A DNA stretch of 64,000 bases from an uncultured delta proteobacterium (GCA_963815115.1 CAWFFN010000009.1:1440001-1504000), one strand, 5' to 3'. Positions 43,245-53,794 are shown, counted from the first letter of the stretch. Notes: generated by a model from the letters alone, not told the origin. Program-made: numbers and translations.

Positions 43245-43877
43245 ATGGACTTTCGCGAGGTCATCGAGACGACGCCGACCTGCCGCTTCTACCGGCCGGA
43301 TCCGGTGCCGGACGACGTGCTGCGCCGGGTGCTCGATGCCGCCCGCTGGGCGCCGACGGGCGGCAACCGCCAGGGCGTGCGCTTCATCGTGGTGCGCGAC
43401 CCCGGCCGGCGGCGGCAGCTGAAGGCATGGTACCTTCCGCTGTGGGAGCAGTACGTGTCGCGCGCGACCTCGCGTGACGGTGCACCGATGCCGCGGCTGC
43501 TCGCGAACGCCGACCACTTCGCGCACCATCTCGACGAGGTGCCGGTGCTGATCGTGGTGTGCGCGCAGCTCGGCGACCTGATGGCGACCGACCGCCATCT
43601 CGACCGCCTCTCGCTCGTCGGCGGCGCGTCGGTCTATCCCGCGGTGCAGAACCTGCTGCTGGCGGCGCGGGCCGAGGGCCTCGGGACCGCGCTCACCACG
43701 CTGCTCTGCGCCCTCGAGCCACAGGTGAAGGAGCTGCTCCAAATTCCCGACGGCATCGCGACGGCGGCCACGGTCGCCCTCGGCCATCCCGCCCGCGGCT
43801 TCCCGAAGCGGCTGGCACGCCGGCCGCTCGAGGAATTCTGCTTCGCGGACGCCTACGGAGCGCCGCTCTTCGCCTGA
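43245..43877 (+). CDS. Nitroreductase-family flavoprotein
   Basis: CRFYRPDPVPD, AARWAPTGGNRQ, GASVYPAVQNLLLAARAEGLG. Confidence 0.88.
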   Translation: MDFREVIETTPTCRFYRPDPVPDDVLRRVLDAARWAPTGGNRQGVRFIVVRDPGRRRQLKAWYLPLWEQYVSRATSRDGAPMPRLLANADHFAHHLDEVPVLIVVCAQLGDLMATDRHLDRLSLVGGASVYPAVQNLLLAARAEGLGTALTTLLCALEPQVKELLQIPDGIATAATVALGHPARGFPKRLARRPLEEFCFADAYGAPLFA

Positions 43878-45229
43878 GCATCCTGCGCCGGTGAAACGGT
43901 GCGGGCCCGGAGCCACGCCGCGAGCTCGGTGCGCGGCACCCGGGTGCTCTGGCGGCTACTCAGATCGCGCACCTCGAGCACGCCTGTGCGCAGCGCGTCG
44001 GGATCGGCGACGACCGCGAAGGCGATACCCTTGCGCTGCCCCAGCTCGAACTGGGGTCCGAGCTTGCCGGCGTGCGGAAAGCCGTCCACCGCCAGCCCGG
44101 CGTCGCGCAGCTCGACGCCGAGGCGGAGCGCGTCGCCTGCCGCGGCGTCGGCCGTCAAGGCGATCAGCACGTCGGCCGCGCGGGCGTCGGCCCCGAACAT
44201 GCCGCGCTCCTCCATGAGCGTGAACACGCGCTCGAAGCCGATCGAGAAGCCGCACGCCGGTACGGACGCGCCGGCGAGGCGCTCGACCAGCTCGTCGAAG
44301 CGGCCTCCACCGGCCAGGCTGAACGGGACTCCAGCGGCGGCGATCTCGAAGATCGGACCGGTGTAGTAGTCCATGCCGCGCGCGAGGAACGGATCGAAGA
44401 CGAGCCGGCCGGACGGCAGCGGCGGGGTGAGGCCGAGGACCTGCCGCATCTGCGCCACGTAGGGCGCTCCCGCGGCGCCCACGCGCTCCTCGATCTCGCG
44501 CAGCCGATCCGCATCGGCCGCCGCACGCGAGCGGGCGTGCAGCTCGAGGAGCGTCGCCGCGGCGGCCTGCGGCACGCCCTTGCCGTCGAGCTCGGCGGCC
44601 ACCGCGTCCGGGGTCTCCTTGTCGAGCTTGTCGATGCCGATGACGGCGGCGCCGAGGTGCTCCTCGGGCACGCCGCAGCCGCGCACGAGCAGCGCGAGCA
44701 GCGGGCGCGCGTTCAACCGCACCACCAGCTCCGCGAACCCGAGGCGTGCCAGCGCCGTCGCGGTGGCGAGGATCACCTCCGCTTCCACGGCCATCGACGG
44801 GGAGCCGAGCACGTCGACGTCGCACTGGACGAACTCCCGATAGCGACCGTGCTGGGCGCGCTCGGCGCGCCACACGGGACCGATCTGGTAGCGCTTGAAG
44901 ACGGTGGGGAGCTCGCCGCGGTGCGTGGCGTAGTAGCGCGCCAGCGGGACGGTCAGGTCGAAGCGCAGCGCCATGTCGGCGAGCTCTCCGCCGCCCGACC
45001 GGGCCCGCTCCAGCTCCGCGCCGCGCCTGAGCACCCGGAACATCAGCTTCTCGTTCTCGGCTCCGCCCTTGCCGAGGAACACCGCGAGCGCCTCCATGGC
45101 GGGCGTGTCCATGCCTTCGAAGCCGAAGGACTCGTAGCTCTCGCAGATGCGGCGAATGAGCTCCTGGCGCCTGCGGTACTGCGCCGGGAGGAAGTCACGG
45201 AAGCCGCTGGGCGCGGCGGGTTTTGCCAT
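43853..45229 (-). CDS. hisS: Histidyl-tRNA synthetase
   Basis: PSGFRDFLP, LRFDLTVPLARY, WRAERAQHGRYREFVQCDVD, LARGMDYYTG, GGGRFD, GFSIGFER. Confidence 0.95.
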   Translation of the reverse strand: MAKPAAPSGFRDFLPAQYRRRQELIRRICESYESFGFEGMDTPAMEALAVFLGKGGAENEKLMFRVLRRGAELERARSGGGELADMALRFDLTVPLARYYATHRGELPTVFKRYQIGPVWRAERAQHGRYREFVQCDVDVLGSPSMAVEAEVILATATALARLGFAELVVRLNARPLLALLVRGCGVPEEHLGAAVIGIDKLDKETPDAVAAELDGKGVPQAAAATLLELHARSRAAADADRLREIEERVGAAGAPYVAQMRQVLGLTPPLPSGRLVFDPFLARGMDYYTGPIFEIAAAGVPFSLAGGGRFDELVERLAGASVPACGFSIGFERVFTLMEERGMFGADARAADVLIALTADAAAGDALRLGVELRDAGLAVDGFPHAGKLGPQFELGQRKGIAFAVVADPDALRTGVLEVRDLSSRQSTRVPRTELAAWLRARTVSPAQDAQAKSGAP

Positions 45230-45786
45230 GAGGCTCTTTCTCTGCCCTGGACGGGCGAGACAGTCCACCCGCGGCTGACCGGCCGGCCGCGGATCGGTGG
45301 CGGCCCGCCGTACGACCGCCGTCAGCCCGTCCGATCCACCCGGGGCGCTGGTCTTCCTGGTGGGCCTGGCCGCGGGCGTCCCGTTCGGCCTGCTGCTGCC
45401 CGGCGCCGGCGCCGTCCCCCCGAGGCGCACGCGTTTCCGGGAGGGTCACCCCGATCGGCCGCGCGCCACCGGAGCGAGCCGACGCTGGCGGTGTCCGGCG
45501 ACGGGACGCGGATATTCCCACACCGACAGGAGGGCGGGCACGAGGTCGTCTCGTGAGCGAGCTTGCTTCGCCGGCTGAACGGTAGCCGTGCCATCGCGGC
45601 AGCGGCGTGATACTGCACGGACGGCGTGTGGAAGCGATGAGACGGTTCGCGCTTCTCGAGTGTACGCGGGTGCGTGCGGCGACACGGTCAGGGGGCTCAG
45701 GGGGCCGCTCGAAGAAGAGGATCGTGGAAAGGCCTGTAGCACGGGCTGGCCGAGTGCGCGCCGCCGGAGCAGCTGCTCGGCGTGCG

Positions 45787-48700
45787 ATGTCCGCGAGAGG
45801 CGCCCAGGGAGCCCCCGGCCAGGTGACCCCCGCGATCGTGGGTCTGGGTTCTTCGGCAGGAGGTCTCGACGCCCTCAAGCGGTTCTTCAACAGCATGCCA
45901 TCCGACAGCGGCATGGCCTTCGTGCTGGTGCAGCACCTGGACCCGACGCACCCGAGCCTGATCGCGGAGCTGCTCGGCAGGTGCACCGCGATGTCCGTGG
46001 TGCAGGTGGACGCCGACACGCCGGTCGAGGCCGATCACGTCTATTGCATGCCGCCGGGCCGATACCTGAGCATCAGCGGACGGACGTTGCGGCTGACCGG
46101 GCCGGTCGAGACCGGCAGCGTCCGCATGCCGATCGACTTCTTCCTGCGCTCCCTGGGCGCGGACGTGCAGGAGCGGGGGATCGGGATCGTTCTCTCCGGA
46201 ACCGGAACCGACGGCACGCTCGGCCTGCGAGCGATCAAGGCGGCTGGAGGGTTGGCCATCGCGCAGGATCCCGTGACCGCCGAGCACGATGGCATGCCGC
46301 GCAGCGCGATCGCTGACGGAGCGATCGACCATGTCCTGTCCCCCGAGCAGATGCCTGACGTCCTGGCCGAGTTCCTGCGGCACCCCTATGCCCGAGGTCC
46401 GAGCGGCCTCCCCGCGGCAGAAGACATCGGCCGCGATCGTCTGGATGACGTCCTGGGGGTCCTGCTCGATCGGACGGACCTCGACTTCCGCAGCTACAAG
46501 CGAAGCACGCTCGAGCGTCGCATCGGCCGCCGCATGGGCTTGAAGCACATCGAGCGCACGGTCGACTACGTGCGACTCCTGACGCGTGACCCCGCGGAGG
46601 CCGCGGCGCTGCGCGACGATCTTCTGATCAGCGTCACGAGCTTCTTCCGCGACCCCGAGGCATGGCGGGTTCTGCAGGAGCAGGTGCTTCGTCCAATGAT
46701 TGCACGCACTGACGTCCATGCGGCGCTCCGCGTGTGGGTGCCCGGCTGCGCAACCGGGGAGGAGGCATACTCCATCGCCATGCTCCTCATCGAGGAGCGG
46801 GAAGCCGCGGCGAAGAGCTGCCCCATCCAGATCTTCGCCTCGGACGTGGATGCGGGCGCGCTCGAGGTGGGCCGGGCTGGTCTCTACCCGGGGAGCATCG
46901 TCGCCGACGTGCCGGCGCACCGGCGCCGCCGGTTCTTCATAGACGAGAGGCACGGCGCTCGGGTCGGCAAGGGGCTGCGCGAGTCGGTGGTGTTCGCCCG
47001 GCAGAACCTCCTGGCGGACCCGCCGTTCTCCAAGCTCGACCTCGTCACCTGCCGCAACCTCCTCATGTACCTCGAGCCGGAGGCCCAGCGGAGGATCCTC
47101 TCGCTGCTGCACTTCGCACTCGTCGAGGGGGGGCACCTGCTTCTGGGGACCGCGGAGACGATCGGCCAGCAGGAAGACCTGTTCGCGGTGGTCTCGAAGC
47201 ACTGGCGCATCTACCGACGGATCGGACCGCCGCGGTACGACAAGGTACGGTTCCCGGTCATGGATGAATTCGCAGTCGGGCGGCGGATCGATCCGTCACC
47301 CGGCCACCCGGGCGTCGGGCGGCTCGGGGCGCTGGCCCAGCAGGCGCTGCTCGAGCGCTTCGTCCCGGCGTCCGTGCTGATCAACCGCAGGTACGAGATC
47401 GTGTACTTCGCGGGACCGACCGAGGACTATCTGGTCCAGCCGACCGGCGTCCCCACCCAGGACCTGATGTCCCGGCTGCGCGAGGGCCTGCCGACCAAGC
47501 TGCGCGGCGCCATCCGCAGGGCGATCCGCGAGGGCGAGCGTCCGGTCGTCATTGCCGTCCGAGTCCGGCGCGGAGACGCGTGGCAGCGGGTGAAGGTGAC
47601 GGTCGAACCCCTCGCGGGAATCGGCGAGATGGAGGGGTTGCTGCTGATTTCCTTCGTGGACGGACCCCGGGCGGCGCCTCCGGCGCTCCATTCCGCGAAT
47701 GCCGCAGGCGAGCACGACGAACCGGTCACCCGAGCGCTCGAGGACGAGCTCAAGGCCACACGGGAGGAGCTGCAGGGCAGCGTCGGCGACCTGGAGAGCT
47801 CCAATGAAGAGCTGAAGGTCGTCAACGAAGAAGTGATGTCGGTCAACGAGGAGCTGCGCTCCTCCAACGAGGAGCTCGAGACCTCCAAGGAGGAGCTCCA
47901 GTCGCTCAACGAGGAGCTGAGCACCGTCAACACGCAGCTCGAGGACAAGGTCAACGAGCTGGAGCAGGCGAACAACGACCTGGACAATCTGCTGACCAGC
48001 ACCAACATCGCAACGATTTTCCTCGACACCAGCTTCCACGTACGGCGCTTCACGCCGGCCGCGGCCAGGCTGTTCCACATGACGCCCGCGGACGTCGGGC
48101 GGCAGTTGGGCGACGTCGTCGGGCGGGGTATCGACCCCGATCTCCCGCAGGACAGCGAGGCCGTGCTCGCTCGCCTGGGGTCGATCAGCAAGGAGGTGCA
48201 GGGGGCGGACGGCCGGTCGTACGTCCGGCAGGTGCTACCCTATCGCACGCGCGACGACCGGATCGAGGGCGTGGTGATCACCTTCTCGGACGTCGCGGCA
48301 GAGGCGCTCCAGGAGGCACGGCTCTACGCCGAGGCCATCGTGAACACGGTCCGGGAACCCCTGCTGGTGCTCGACTCCGAATTGTGCGTCCTGTCGGCGA
48401 ATCGGTCTTTCTATCATACCTTCCGGCTGTCGCCGGAAGAGACCGTCAACCGTGCGCTCTACGAGCTGAACGATCGCGAGCTGGACGTCCCGAGGCTCCG
48501 AGCGCTGCTCGGCGTGATTCTGCCGGACCGGGGTGGCCTGACCGACTTCGAACTCGAGCACGACTTTGCGAGGATCGGGCGACGGATCATGCTGCTGAAC
48601 GCGCGCATCCTGGCGCGGGGCGGCGACCGCCCGGACCTGATTCTTCTCGCCATGGAGGACATCACCGAGCGCAAGCGTGCCGAGCACGCGCTGCGCGAGA

Positions 48701-49824
48701 GCGAGGCCATGACGCGGGCCGGCATCGAGGCCGCCGTGGACGGCGTCGTCGCGACGGACGAACGCGGTACCGTCCTCTCCTTCAACCCGGCCGCCGAGCT
48801 CATCTTCGGCTACTCCGGCGGAGAGGTGATCGGGCAGAACGTCGGGATGCTGGTGCCACCATCCTACCTGGACGAGTACCAGCGGTCCGTGGCGGCCTTC
48901 CTCGAGACGCCAGACCGTCACGTCATCGGCATCGCGCAGGAGGTCCACGGCCGGCACAAGAACGGCACCACCTTCCCGATGGACCTGAACCTCAGCGAGT
49001 TCGACGACGGCTCAGGTCGCCGGTTCGTCGCAACGATCCGCGACATCACCGAGCGCAAGTGGGCGGAGGAAGAGGTCCGGAGGCGCCAGGCCGAGCTGGC
49101 CCACGTGCTCCGGATCGCCACCATCGAGCGACTGGCAGCCTCCCTGGCGCACGAGCTCAACCAGCCTCTCACCGCGATCGCCAACGAGGTGGAAGCGTGT
49201 GCGACCTACGTCCGGTCGGGCAAGCGCGAGCCCCGCCGCCTGCTGTCGTTGCTCGAGCGCGCGGGAGCGGAGGCGCTGCGCGCCGGCGAGATCGTGCACC
49301 ACCTGCGAGACTTCGTGCTGCGGAGCGAGCCGCGGATCGAATCGGCTGACCTCTGCGAGGTGATCCGCAATGCGACCCGCTGGCTGGCGCGTGAGATGGA
49401 GGACGAGCGGATCACGCTGCGGCTCGATCTGGCACCGCAGGGGCTGCTGGTTCACGCCGATCGCATCCAGATCGAGCAGGTGTTCGTGAATCTCGTGCAG
49501 AACGCCATCGACGCGATCCGCGACGGGGGGAGCGAGACGAGAGAGATCCGCGTACGGACGTCGCGGGGCGAGGACGGCACGGCCGAGGTGCTCGTCGACG
49601 ATACCGGCATCGGCTTTGCCGCCGGGGCCACCGCGCGATTGTACGAACCCTTCTTCACCACCAAGCCGCAAGGTATGGGAATGGGCCTGGCGATCAGCCG
49701 CACCATCGTGGAGCTGCACCGCGGCCGGCTCTCGGTCGAGCCCCGGGAGTCGGGGCTCGGTACCACGGTGCGACTGGTCCTGCCCGCCGGCGCCGTGTCG
49801 GCAGCGGGCGAGAGATCGGGATGA
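45787..49824 (+). CDS. CheB-CheR fusion with coiled coil, PAS domains and histidine kinase
   Basis: GSSAGG/VQHL/SGTGTDG (CheB); VTSFFRD, GCATGEEAYS, CRNLLMY (CheR); NEEL repeats; PAS; HELNQPL; FFTTKPQGMGMGL. Confidence 0.92.
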   Translation: MSARGAQGAPGQVTPAIVGLGSSAGGLDALKRFFNSMPSDSGMAFVLVQHLDPTHPSLIAELLGRCTAMSVVQVDADTPVEADHVYCMPPGRYLSISGRTLRLTGPVETGSVRMPIDFFLRSLGADVQERGIGIVLSGTGTDGTLGLRAIKAAGGLAIAQDPVTAEHDGMPRSAIADGAIDHVLSPEQMPDVLAEFLRHPYARGPSGLPAAEDIGRDRLDDVLGVLLDRTDLDFRSYKRSTLERRIGRRMGLKHIERTVDYVRLLTRDPAEAAALRDDLLISVTSFFRDPEAWRVLQEQVLRPMIARTDVHAALRVWVPGCATGEEAYSIAMLLIEEREAAAKSCPIQIFASDVDAGALEVGRAGLYPGSIVADVPAHRRRRFFIDERHGARVGKGLRESVVFARQNLLADPPFSKLDLVTCRNLLMYLEPEAQRRILSLLHFALVEGGHLLLGTAETIGQQEDLFAVVSKHWRIYRRIGPPRYDKVRFPVMDEFAVGRRIDPSPGHPGVGRLGALAQQALLERFVPASVLINRRYEIVYFAGPTEDYLVQPTGVPTQDLMSRLREGLPTKLRGAIRRAIREGERPVVIAVRVRRGDAWQRVKVTVEPLAGIGEMEGLLLISFVDGPRAAPPALHSANAAGEHDEPVTRALEDELKATREELQGSVGDLESSNEELKVVNEEVMSVNEELRSSNEELETSKEELQSLNEELSTVNTQLEDKVNELEQANNDLDNLLTSTNIATIFLDTSFHVRRFTPAAARLFHMTPADVGRQLGDVVGRGIDPDLPQDSEAVLARLGSISKEVQGADGRSYVRQVLPYRTRDDRIEGVVITFSDVAAEALQEARLYAEAIVNTVREPLLVLDSELCVLSANRSFYHTFRLSPEETVNRALYELNDRELDVPRLRALLGVILPDRGGLTDFELEHDFARIGRRIMLLNARILARGGDRPDLILLAMEDITERKRAEHALRESEAMTRAGIEAAVDGVVATDERGTVLSFNPAAELIFGYSGGEVIGQNVGMLVPPSYLDEYQRSVAAFLETPDRHVIGIAQEVHGRHKNGTTFPMDLNLSEFDDGSGRRFVATIRDITERKWAEEEVRRRQAELAHVLRIATIERLAASLAHELNQPLTAIANEVEACATYVRSGKREPRRLLSLLERAGAEALRAGEIVHHLRDFVLRSEPRIESADLCEVIRNATRWLAREMEDERITLRLDLAPQGLLVHADRIQIEQVFVNLVQNAIDAIRDGGSETREIRVRTSRGEDGTAEVLVDDTGIGFAAGATARLYEPFFTTKPQGMGMGLAISRTIVELHRGRLSVEPRESGLGTTVRLVLPAGAVSAAGERSG

Positions 49825-50432
49825 CGGCAGTTCCGACGGTCTTCGTGGTCGACGACAATCCGGGCGTCCGCAAGTCGCTGCAGGCGCTCGTCGAGGCGGA
49901 GGGTCTGGCGGTCGCCACGTACGCGTCCGCCGCGGAATTCCTCGAGGCCTGGGACGTACAGCGACCTGGCTGCCTCGTCCTCGACGTCCGTCTTCGGGGG
50001 GATAGCGGTCTGAATCTGCAGGACGAGCTTCGCAGGCGGAACGCCACGCTGCCGATCATCGTGATGACCGGGTATGCCGACGTTCCCACCTCCGTGCGTG
50101 CGCTCAAGGGCGGTGCCATCGACTTCCTCCGGAAGCCCGTGCCCCCGAAGCAGTTGATTGCACGGATTCGCGAGGCCATCGACGTCGATCGGCGCACTCG
50201 TGACGCGGGAGCGCAACGCGCCGCCGTGACGGATCGAATCGCCCAGCTCACACCGCGCGAGCGCGAGGTCATGGAGCTGCTGGCCGTGGGGAACAGTTCC
50301 AAGGCAATCGCCGTGGCGCTAGACATCAGCGTGCGCACGGTGGAGAGCCATCGCCGGACCGTGCTCCGGAAGCTGGGGGTCTCCTCGGCGGCGCAGCTGG
50401 CGCGTGCCGTCGCTCGGAGCCAGCTGCCGTAG
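49821..50432 (+). CDS. FixJ/LuxR-family response regulator
   Basis: VFVVDD, CLVLDVR, DFLRKP, LTPREREV...SKAIA..LDISVRTVESHR. Confidence 0.93.
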   Translation: MTAVPTVFVVDDNPGVRKSLQALVEAEGLAVATYASAAEFLEAWDVQRPGCLVLDVRLRGDSGLNLQDELRRRNATLPIIVMTGYADVPTSVRALKGGAIDFLRKPVPPKQLIARIREAIDVDRRTRDAGAQRAAVTDRIAQLTPREREVMELLAVGNSSKAIAVALDISVRTVESHRRTVLRKLGVSSAAQLARAVARSQLP

Positions 50433-50581
50433 AAGAACCGCCTGGGGTGGCACTGCTGGGGTAGGCCGACCGGATCGCTCCCCCTTCAGGCTGCCCCTCG
50501 CCACACAGCCGCCAAGAGGCGTACGTCTCGCTGCTGCTGGCGGACGCCGCTTGCGCGGCTGAGGGCCCGATCCTTCGGCGC

Positions 50582-50998
50582 TCAATAGGCGATCGGGGCG
50601 TGCGCAGGCTTCTCTGTCAGTCCCATCACCTCGACTTTGGTCTCGAAGTGCCCGTCGCCTCGCGTGGGCAGGGCGGTCGTACGCTGTACCGTGAAGGGCG
50701 CGATCCCGTTGGGTGGGATCTCCTGCGCCAGCGTGTACGTCCCTGTCTGGCTCGGGTCGTTGCTCCCGGGGTGGAGCTCGTTGGTCCACAGGAACGTGTC
50801 GCTGACCGAGAGCTTCAGGTTGGACACCGTTCCGTCACTCAGGTTGACGAGGCGCCCGCTCACGCTGGCCGCGTCCCCCGTCACGTCTCGCACCTCGACC
50901 AAGCTGGTGATGTGGGTCTGGGGTACGAGCTCGGACGACGCGGGAGCGGCCAGGAACAGTCCCAGAACCGCGGTCATGAGAAATCCCATTGCTCGCAT
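50582..50998 (-). CDS. Secreted hypothetical protein (Ig-like beta composition)
   Basis: AGGAGGGAG RBS; signal peptide; VSGRLVNLS...V. Confidence 0.6.
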   Translation of the reverse strand: MRAMGFLMTAVLGLFLAAPASSELVPQTHITSLVEVRDVTGDAASVSGRLVNLSDGTVSNLKLSVSDTFLWTNELHPGSNDPSQTGTYTLAQEIPPNGIAPFTVQRTTALPTRGDGHFETKVEVMGLTEKPAHAPIAY

Positions 50999-51157
50999 TG
51001 GTAGACTCCCTCCTGTTGCGTCCATGGCCAAGAGTGGTCGTCCCAATGCATACTATCAGGGGAATCCACCACGGAGATGGGTCGTCTGAAGCGCCGACAG
51101 AGCGGTCCATGACACTTGCCCGAATTCCCGGCGCTCAGCAACGCCGGGTACGAGGAG

Positions 51158-51232
51158 CTAGAGCCGACCCGTCAACAGCATGACGACGAGAACCGGCAGG
51201 ATGATGCCACCGAGTCCGTATCCGAAGTACAT
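51158..51232 (-). CDS. 24-aa DUF3309-like small membrane protein
   Basis: Hand-translated as MYFGYGLGGIILPVLVVMLLTGRL*; purine-rich RBS (GAGGAAAGGGAAAGGAAAG); absent from the ORF track. Confidence 0.7.
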   Translation of the reverse strand: MYFGYGLGGIILPVLVVMLLTGRL

Positions 51233-51294
51233 TGCGCTTTCCTTTCCCTTTCCTCTAGGTCTTATCTAGCACGCGGCGTGGCGAGCTGCACACG

Positions 51295-51334
51295 CGCATA
51301 GCTACCGGCGTACACGTACGTACGCAGTTACCGC
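51295..51334. promoter_or_regulatory. CGTA-N4-TACG array 1 (3 units, 14-bp period)
   Basis: cgcatagctacc-gg-cgtacacgtacg-ta-cgcagttaccgc. Confidence 0.5.
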
Positions 51335-51540
51335 GAGGGTGGGTGCACGCTGATCCTGTTACGTCCTCGTCTGCGCGACCGTATCGAGGAGCTGGCCGAC
51401 GAGATGCACACGAAGATCATGCTCAGCGCGTAGAGAGTCGCGGTGGGTTCTCGGGCGCCGCCGCGCGGGCGGGCCATGTTCGCTGCGCGGTGTCTCCTCG
51501 GCACCCCGGATCATGCGTGCCGCTGCCTGTCTCCGACCAC

Positions 51541-51580
51541 CGTAGAACTGCGTACGTGGTTCCACGTACGGAAGATAACC
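51541..51580. promoter_or_regulatory. CGTA-N4-TACG array 2
   Basis: cgtagaactgcg-ta-cgtggttccacg-ta-cggaagataacc, upstream of csbD. Confidence 0.55.
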
Positions 51581-51699
51581 TTCTAGTGGTCGGCCCACCG
51601 TGCTGCTACTCCTCAGCACGCGACGGTGGCTCACTTCCCGTGGGTTCCGCATCGCAGCCGTGCCACCGCGGGGTTGGCGGGAAAGACAGAAGCAACGAC

Positions 51700-51873
51700 A
51701 TGGGTGGAACCACCGACAAGGCCAAGGGGCGATTCAAAGAGGCCGCCGGCGCTCTCACGGGCAACGACAAGCTGCGCCAGGAGGGGAAGCGCGATCAGGC
51801 AGCGGGCAAGGTGAAGGTCGCGGCCGAGAAGGTCGTCGACAAGGTGCGTGACGCGGCAAAAGGCCGAGGCTGA
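51700..51873 (+). CDS. csbD: CsbD-family stress protein
   Basis: TDKAKGRFKEAAGALTGNDKLRQEGKRDQAAGKVK. Confidence 0.9.
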   Translation: MGGTTDKAKGRFKEAAGALTGNDKLRQEGKRDQAAGKVKVAAEKVVDKVRDAAKGRG

Positions 51874-51972
51874 TCGCCGTCGTCGTGGGATGCTCCCGAT
51901 GGTGGAGGAGCCCTGGCGAGGAGAGGAGTCTCGAATTCCAGTGTCAGATGGATGCGAGGGTCAAGGAGTCCG

Positions 51973-52413
51973 ATGGCCGTTTCCCAGGTGAGTCGAGCGA
52001 CGCAACAATCCACGGACGGGGCGGTCGCGGGGCTGTACGAGACACACGCCATCCTCCCGGTGCAGTTCTTCCTCCAGTCAGCGACCGTGAGGACGGGGGA
52101 GCAGCGGCTCATGGCGGCGGTCCTGGAGGACGCGATCGGGCTGTATCTCAAGCGGCCTCCGCCAAGCACAGCGAAGCTGCGGCAGAAGTTCCAGCAGGCA
52201 CTGCAGCAGACGGAGTACTGGCTACTGAGCAACGATCGCGCCTCGCCGTTCGACTTCCTGCGGATCTGCGACGCCTTGAACCTGGACCCGCAGTATCTCC
52301 GCCGCGGCCTGCGTCAGCTTCATGGGCGCGGGGGTCATCGACGCACCACATTTACCGATGTGGATGGACATCGGCGCCGGGATGCGAGCGGAAGCCGCGC
52401 GGCTGCGAGTTGA
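51973..52413 (+). CDS. Conserved-looking hypothetical protein
   Basis: AAGGAG RBS; GEQRLMAAVLEDAI...W..S.D...PFDFLRICDALNLDPQYLR. Confidence 0.7.
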   Translation: MAVSQVSRATQQSTDGAVAGLYETHAILPVQFFLQSATVRTGEQRLMAAVLEDAIGLYLKRPPPSTAKLRQKFQQALQQTEYWLLSNDRASPFDFLRICDALNLDPQYLRRGLRQLHGRGGHRRTTFTDVDGHRRRDASGSRAAAS

Positions 52414-52420
52414 GAAAGGC

Positions 52421-52760
52421 ATGACCGGCCACTCGCAAGGCGCGGCGATCGGCGATCGTCCCCCGACGGTGAGTGGCGCGATCGACCGCGCTGCCGACGC
52501 CGCCCAGAGCCTGGTGGAGGATCGGATCGGACTGGCCCGCCTCCGACCTGGAGTCATTGCTCAGGACGGCATCGCTCGGGATCCTCGGAGGCTGCCTCAT
52601 CCTGGGAGGCTGGATGATCCTGCTGGTCGCAGCATACCACGTGCTGGCCCCGCATCTCGAAGCGGTGCCGACCCTTGGAGCGCTCGCCGGCCTGAACTTT
52701 GCGCTGGGCGCGGGAGCGCTGCTGGTGGCGCGACGAGGCCCGGAGGGTTCGGATGGCTAG
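52421..52760 (+). CDS. Holin-X/YqjE-like two-TM protein, frameshift near 52545
   Basis: AQSLVEDRIGLARL|DLESLL followed by two hydrophobic helices. Confidence 0.55.
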
Positions 52761-52952
52761 CCGGGAGCAGCGTGAGACGACCACCAGTCGATCGAGTTTC
52801 ACAAGGGGGAGCTGCGGCTTGCGATCGACGAGCTTCGGCTAGCGGCGCGGCCCTTGACGCCGCTGAGCGAGGCCATTCGTACACGACCCTTGTCCTGGCT
52901 TCTGGCAGGAGGGGCGGTCGGTTGCTGGCTCGGGATGCGAGGACGGAGGTGA
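52753..52952 (+). CDS. Small YqjK-like tail-anchored protein (probable frameshift near 52800)
   Basis: ATG 52753 after GGAGG; ELRLAIDELR...IRTRPLSWLLAGGAVGCWLG. Confidence 0.45.
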
Positions 52953-52957
52953 ATCAC

Positions 52958-53152
52958 ATGGAAGAGGAAACTGGGACGGCGAACGGCTATCCCGGCGCGG
53001 AGCTGACCGGGGACGCAAGCCAGCGCCTCGCGGAGGCGCGCGAGGAAATCAATCATCGCGCACGGCGGTTCATTCAGGAGCGTCCGCTGGTGGCGGTCCT
53101 CGCCGCCGTGGCCGGAGGCTACCTGGTGGCGCGCCTCGCCAACCGACTGTGA
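52958..53152 (+). CDS. ElaB/YqjD (DUF883)-like small protein
   Basis: GGAGG RBS; ARRFIQERPLVAVLAAVAGGYLVARL. Confidence 0.7.
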   Translation: MEEETGTANGYPGAELTGDASQRLAEAREEINHRARRFIQERPLVAVLAAVAGGYLVARLANRL

Positions 53153-53171
53153 GAAGGAGCGACTCCTGACG

Positions 53172-53501
53172 ATGAACAGGCAGCAGGAAGGCGGCCCGAG
53201 GATGACGGGACGGACGCAGGGGCAGGGCGCGGCGTCCAACAACGGGCTCGCCCCCAGATCGGCCGACATGTTCGCGGCCGTCGAGCAGCGAACTCAGGCA
53301 GTCGCCAACTACGTGCGCGAGAAGGCGCAGGACCAGCCTTTTCTCACCATAGCCACGGGCGCTGCTGCCGGCTACGTGCTCGGTGGGGGGCTCACCCTGC
53401 GACTGACACGCTTCGTGCTCACGAATGTGGGCCGTGCGGTAGCCGGCAACCTGGTCGCTGCGACAATACACGGCGCCAGGTCCTCCTGGAGGACCCCATG
53501 A
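53172..53501 (+). CDS. DUF883-like hypothetical protein
   Basis: AAGGAG RBS; EKAQDQPFLTIATGAAAGYVLGGG. Confidence 0.6.
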   Translation: MNRQQEGGPRMTGRTQGQGAASNNGLAPRSADMFAAVEQRTQAVANYVREKAQDQPFLTIATGAAAGYVLGGGLTLRLTRFVLTNVGRAVAGNLVAATIHGARSSWRTP

Positions 53502-53794
53502 GTCTGAAGGAGCTGACGCAAAAGCTCGCCGCGACGCTACCGACTTCCGACAGTCTGTTGAAAGCGATCGGCCTGCAAGAGCAGCGGCCCGTCACCGAGG
53601 GGTCGGCCGCCATGCTCGGGGTGTTGGGCCTCGGCATTCTGGTCGGTGTCGGCATGGCGTTGCTCTTCGCGCCCCGGGCTGGCCGAGAGCTTCGCGAGAA
53701 CCTGGGACAGCGCATCGACGATGCGACTACCGCCCTGACGAGACGATTCGGCCGCCCGGGCGACCATACCTCCCGGGCGCAGTCGCACGAGTGA
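53498..53794 (+). CDS. YtxH-like protein
   Basis: GILVGVGMALLFAPRAGRELRENL; ATGA overlap with the previous gene. Confidence 0.8.
   Translation: MSLKELTQKLAATLPTSDSLLKAIGLQEQRPVTEGSAAMLGVLGLGILVGVGMALLFAPRAGRELRENLGQRIDDATTALTRRFGRPGDHTSRAQSHE

Noticed and set aside
45230-45786. Possible tRNA/att site or gene at the hisS-island junction
   Set aside because: No tRNA fold or direct repeat seen; only a short hydrophobic ORF fragment (ALVFLVGLAAGVPFGLLL) without support.
47760-47980. aacgaggagct repeats
   Set aside because: Ordinary NEEL coiled-coil repeats of CheB/CheR fusion proteins.
52421-52760. Prophage lysis gene (holin-like)
   Set aside because: No phage genes nearby; the context is a YqjE/K/D-like stress operon.
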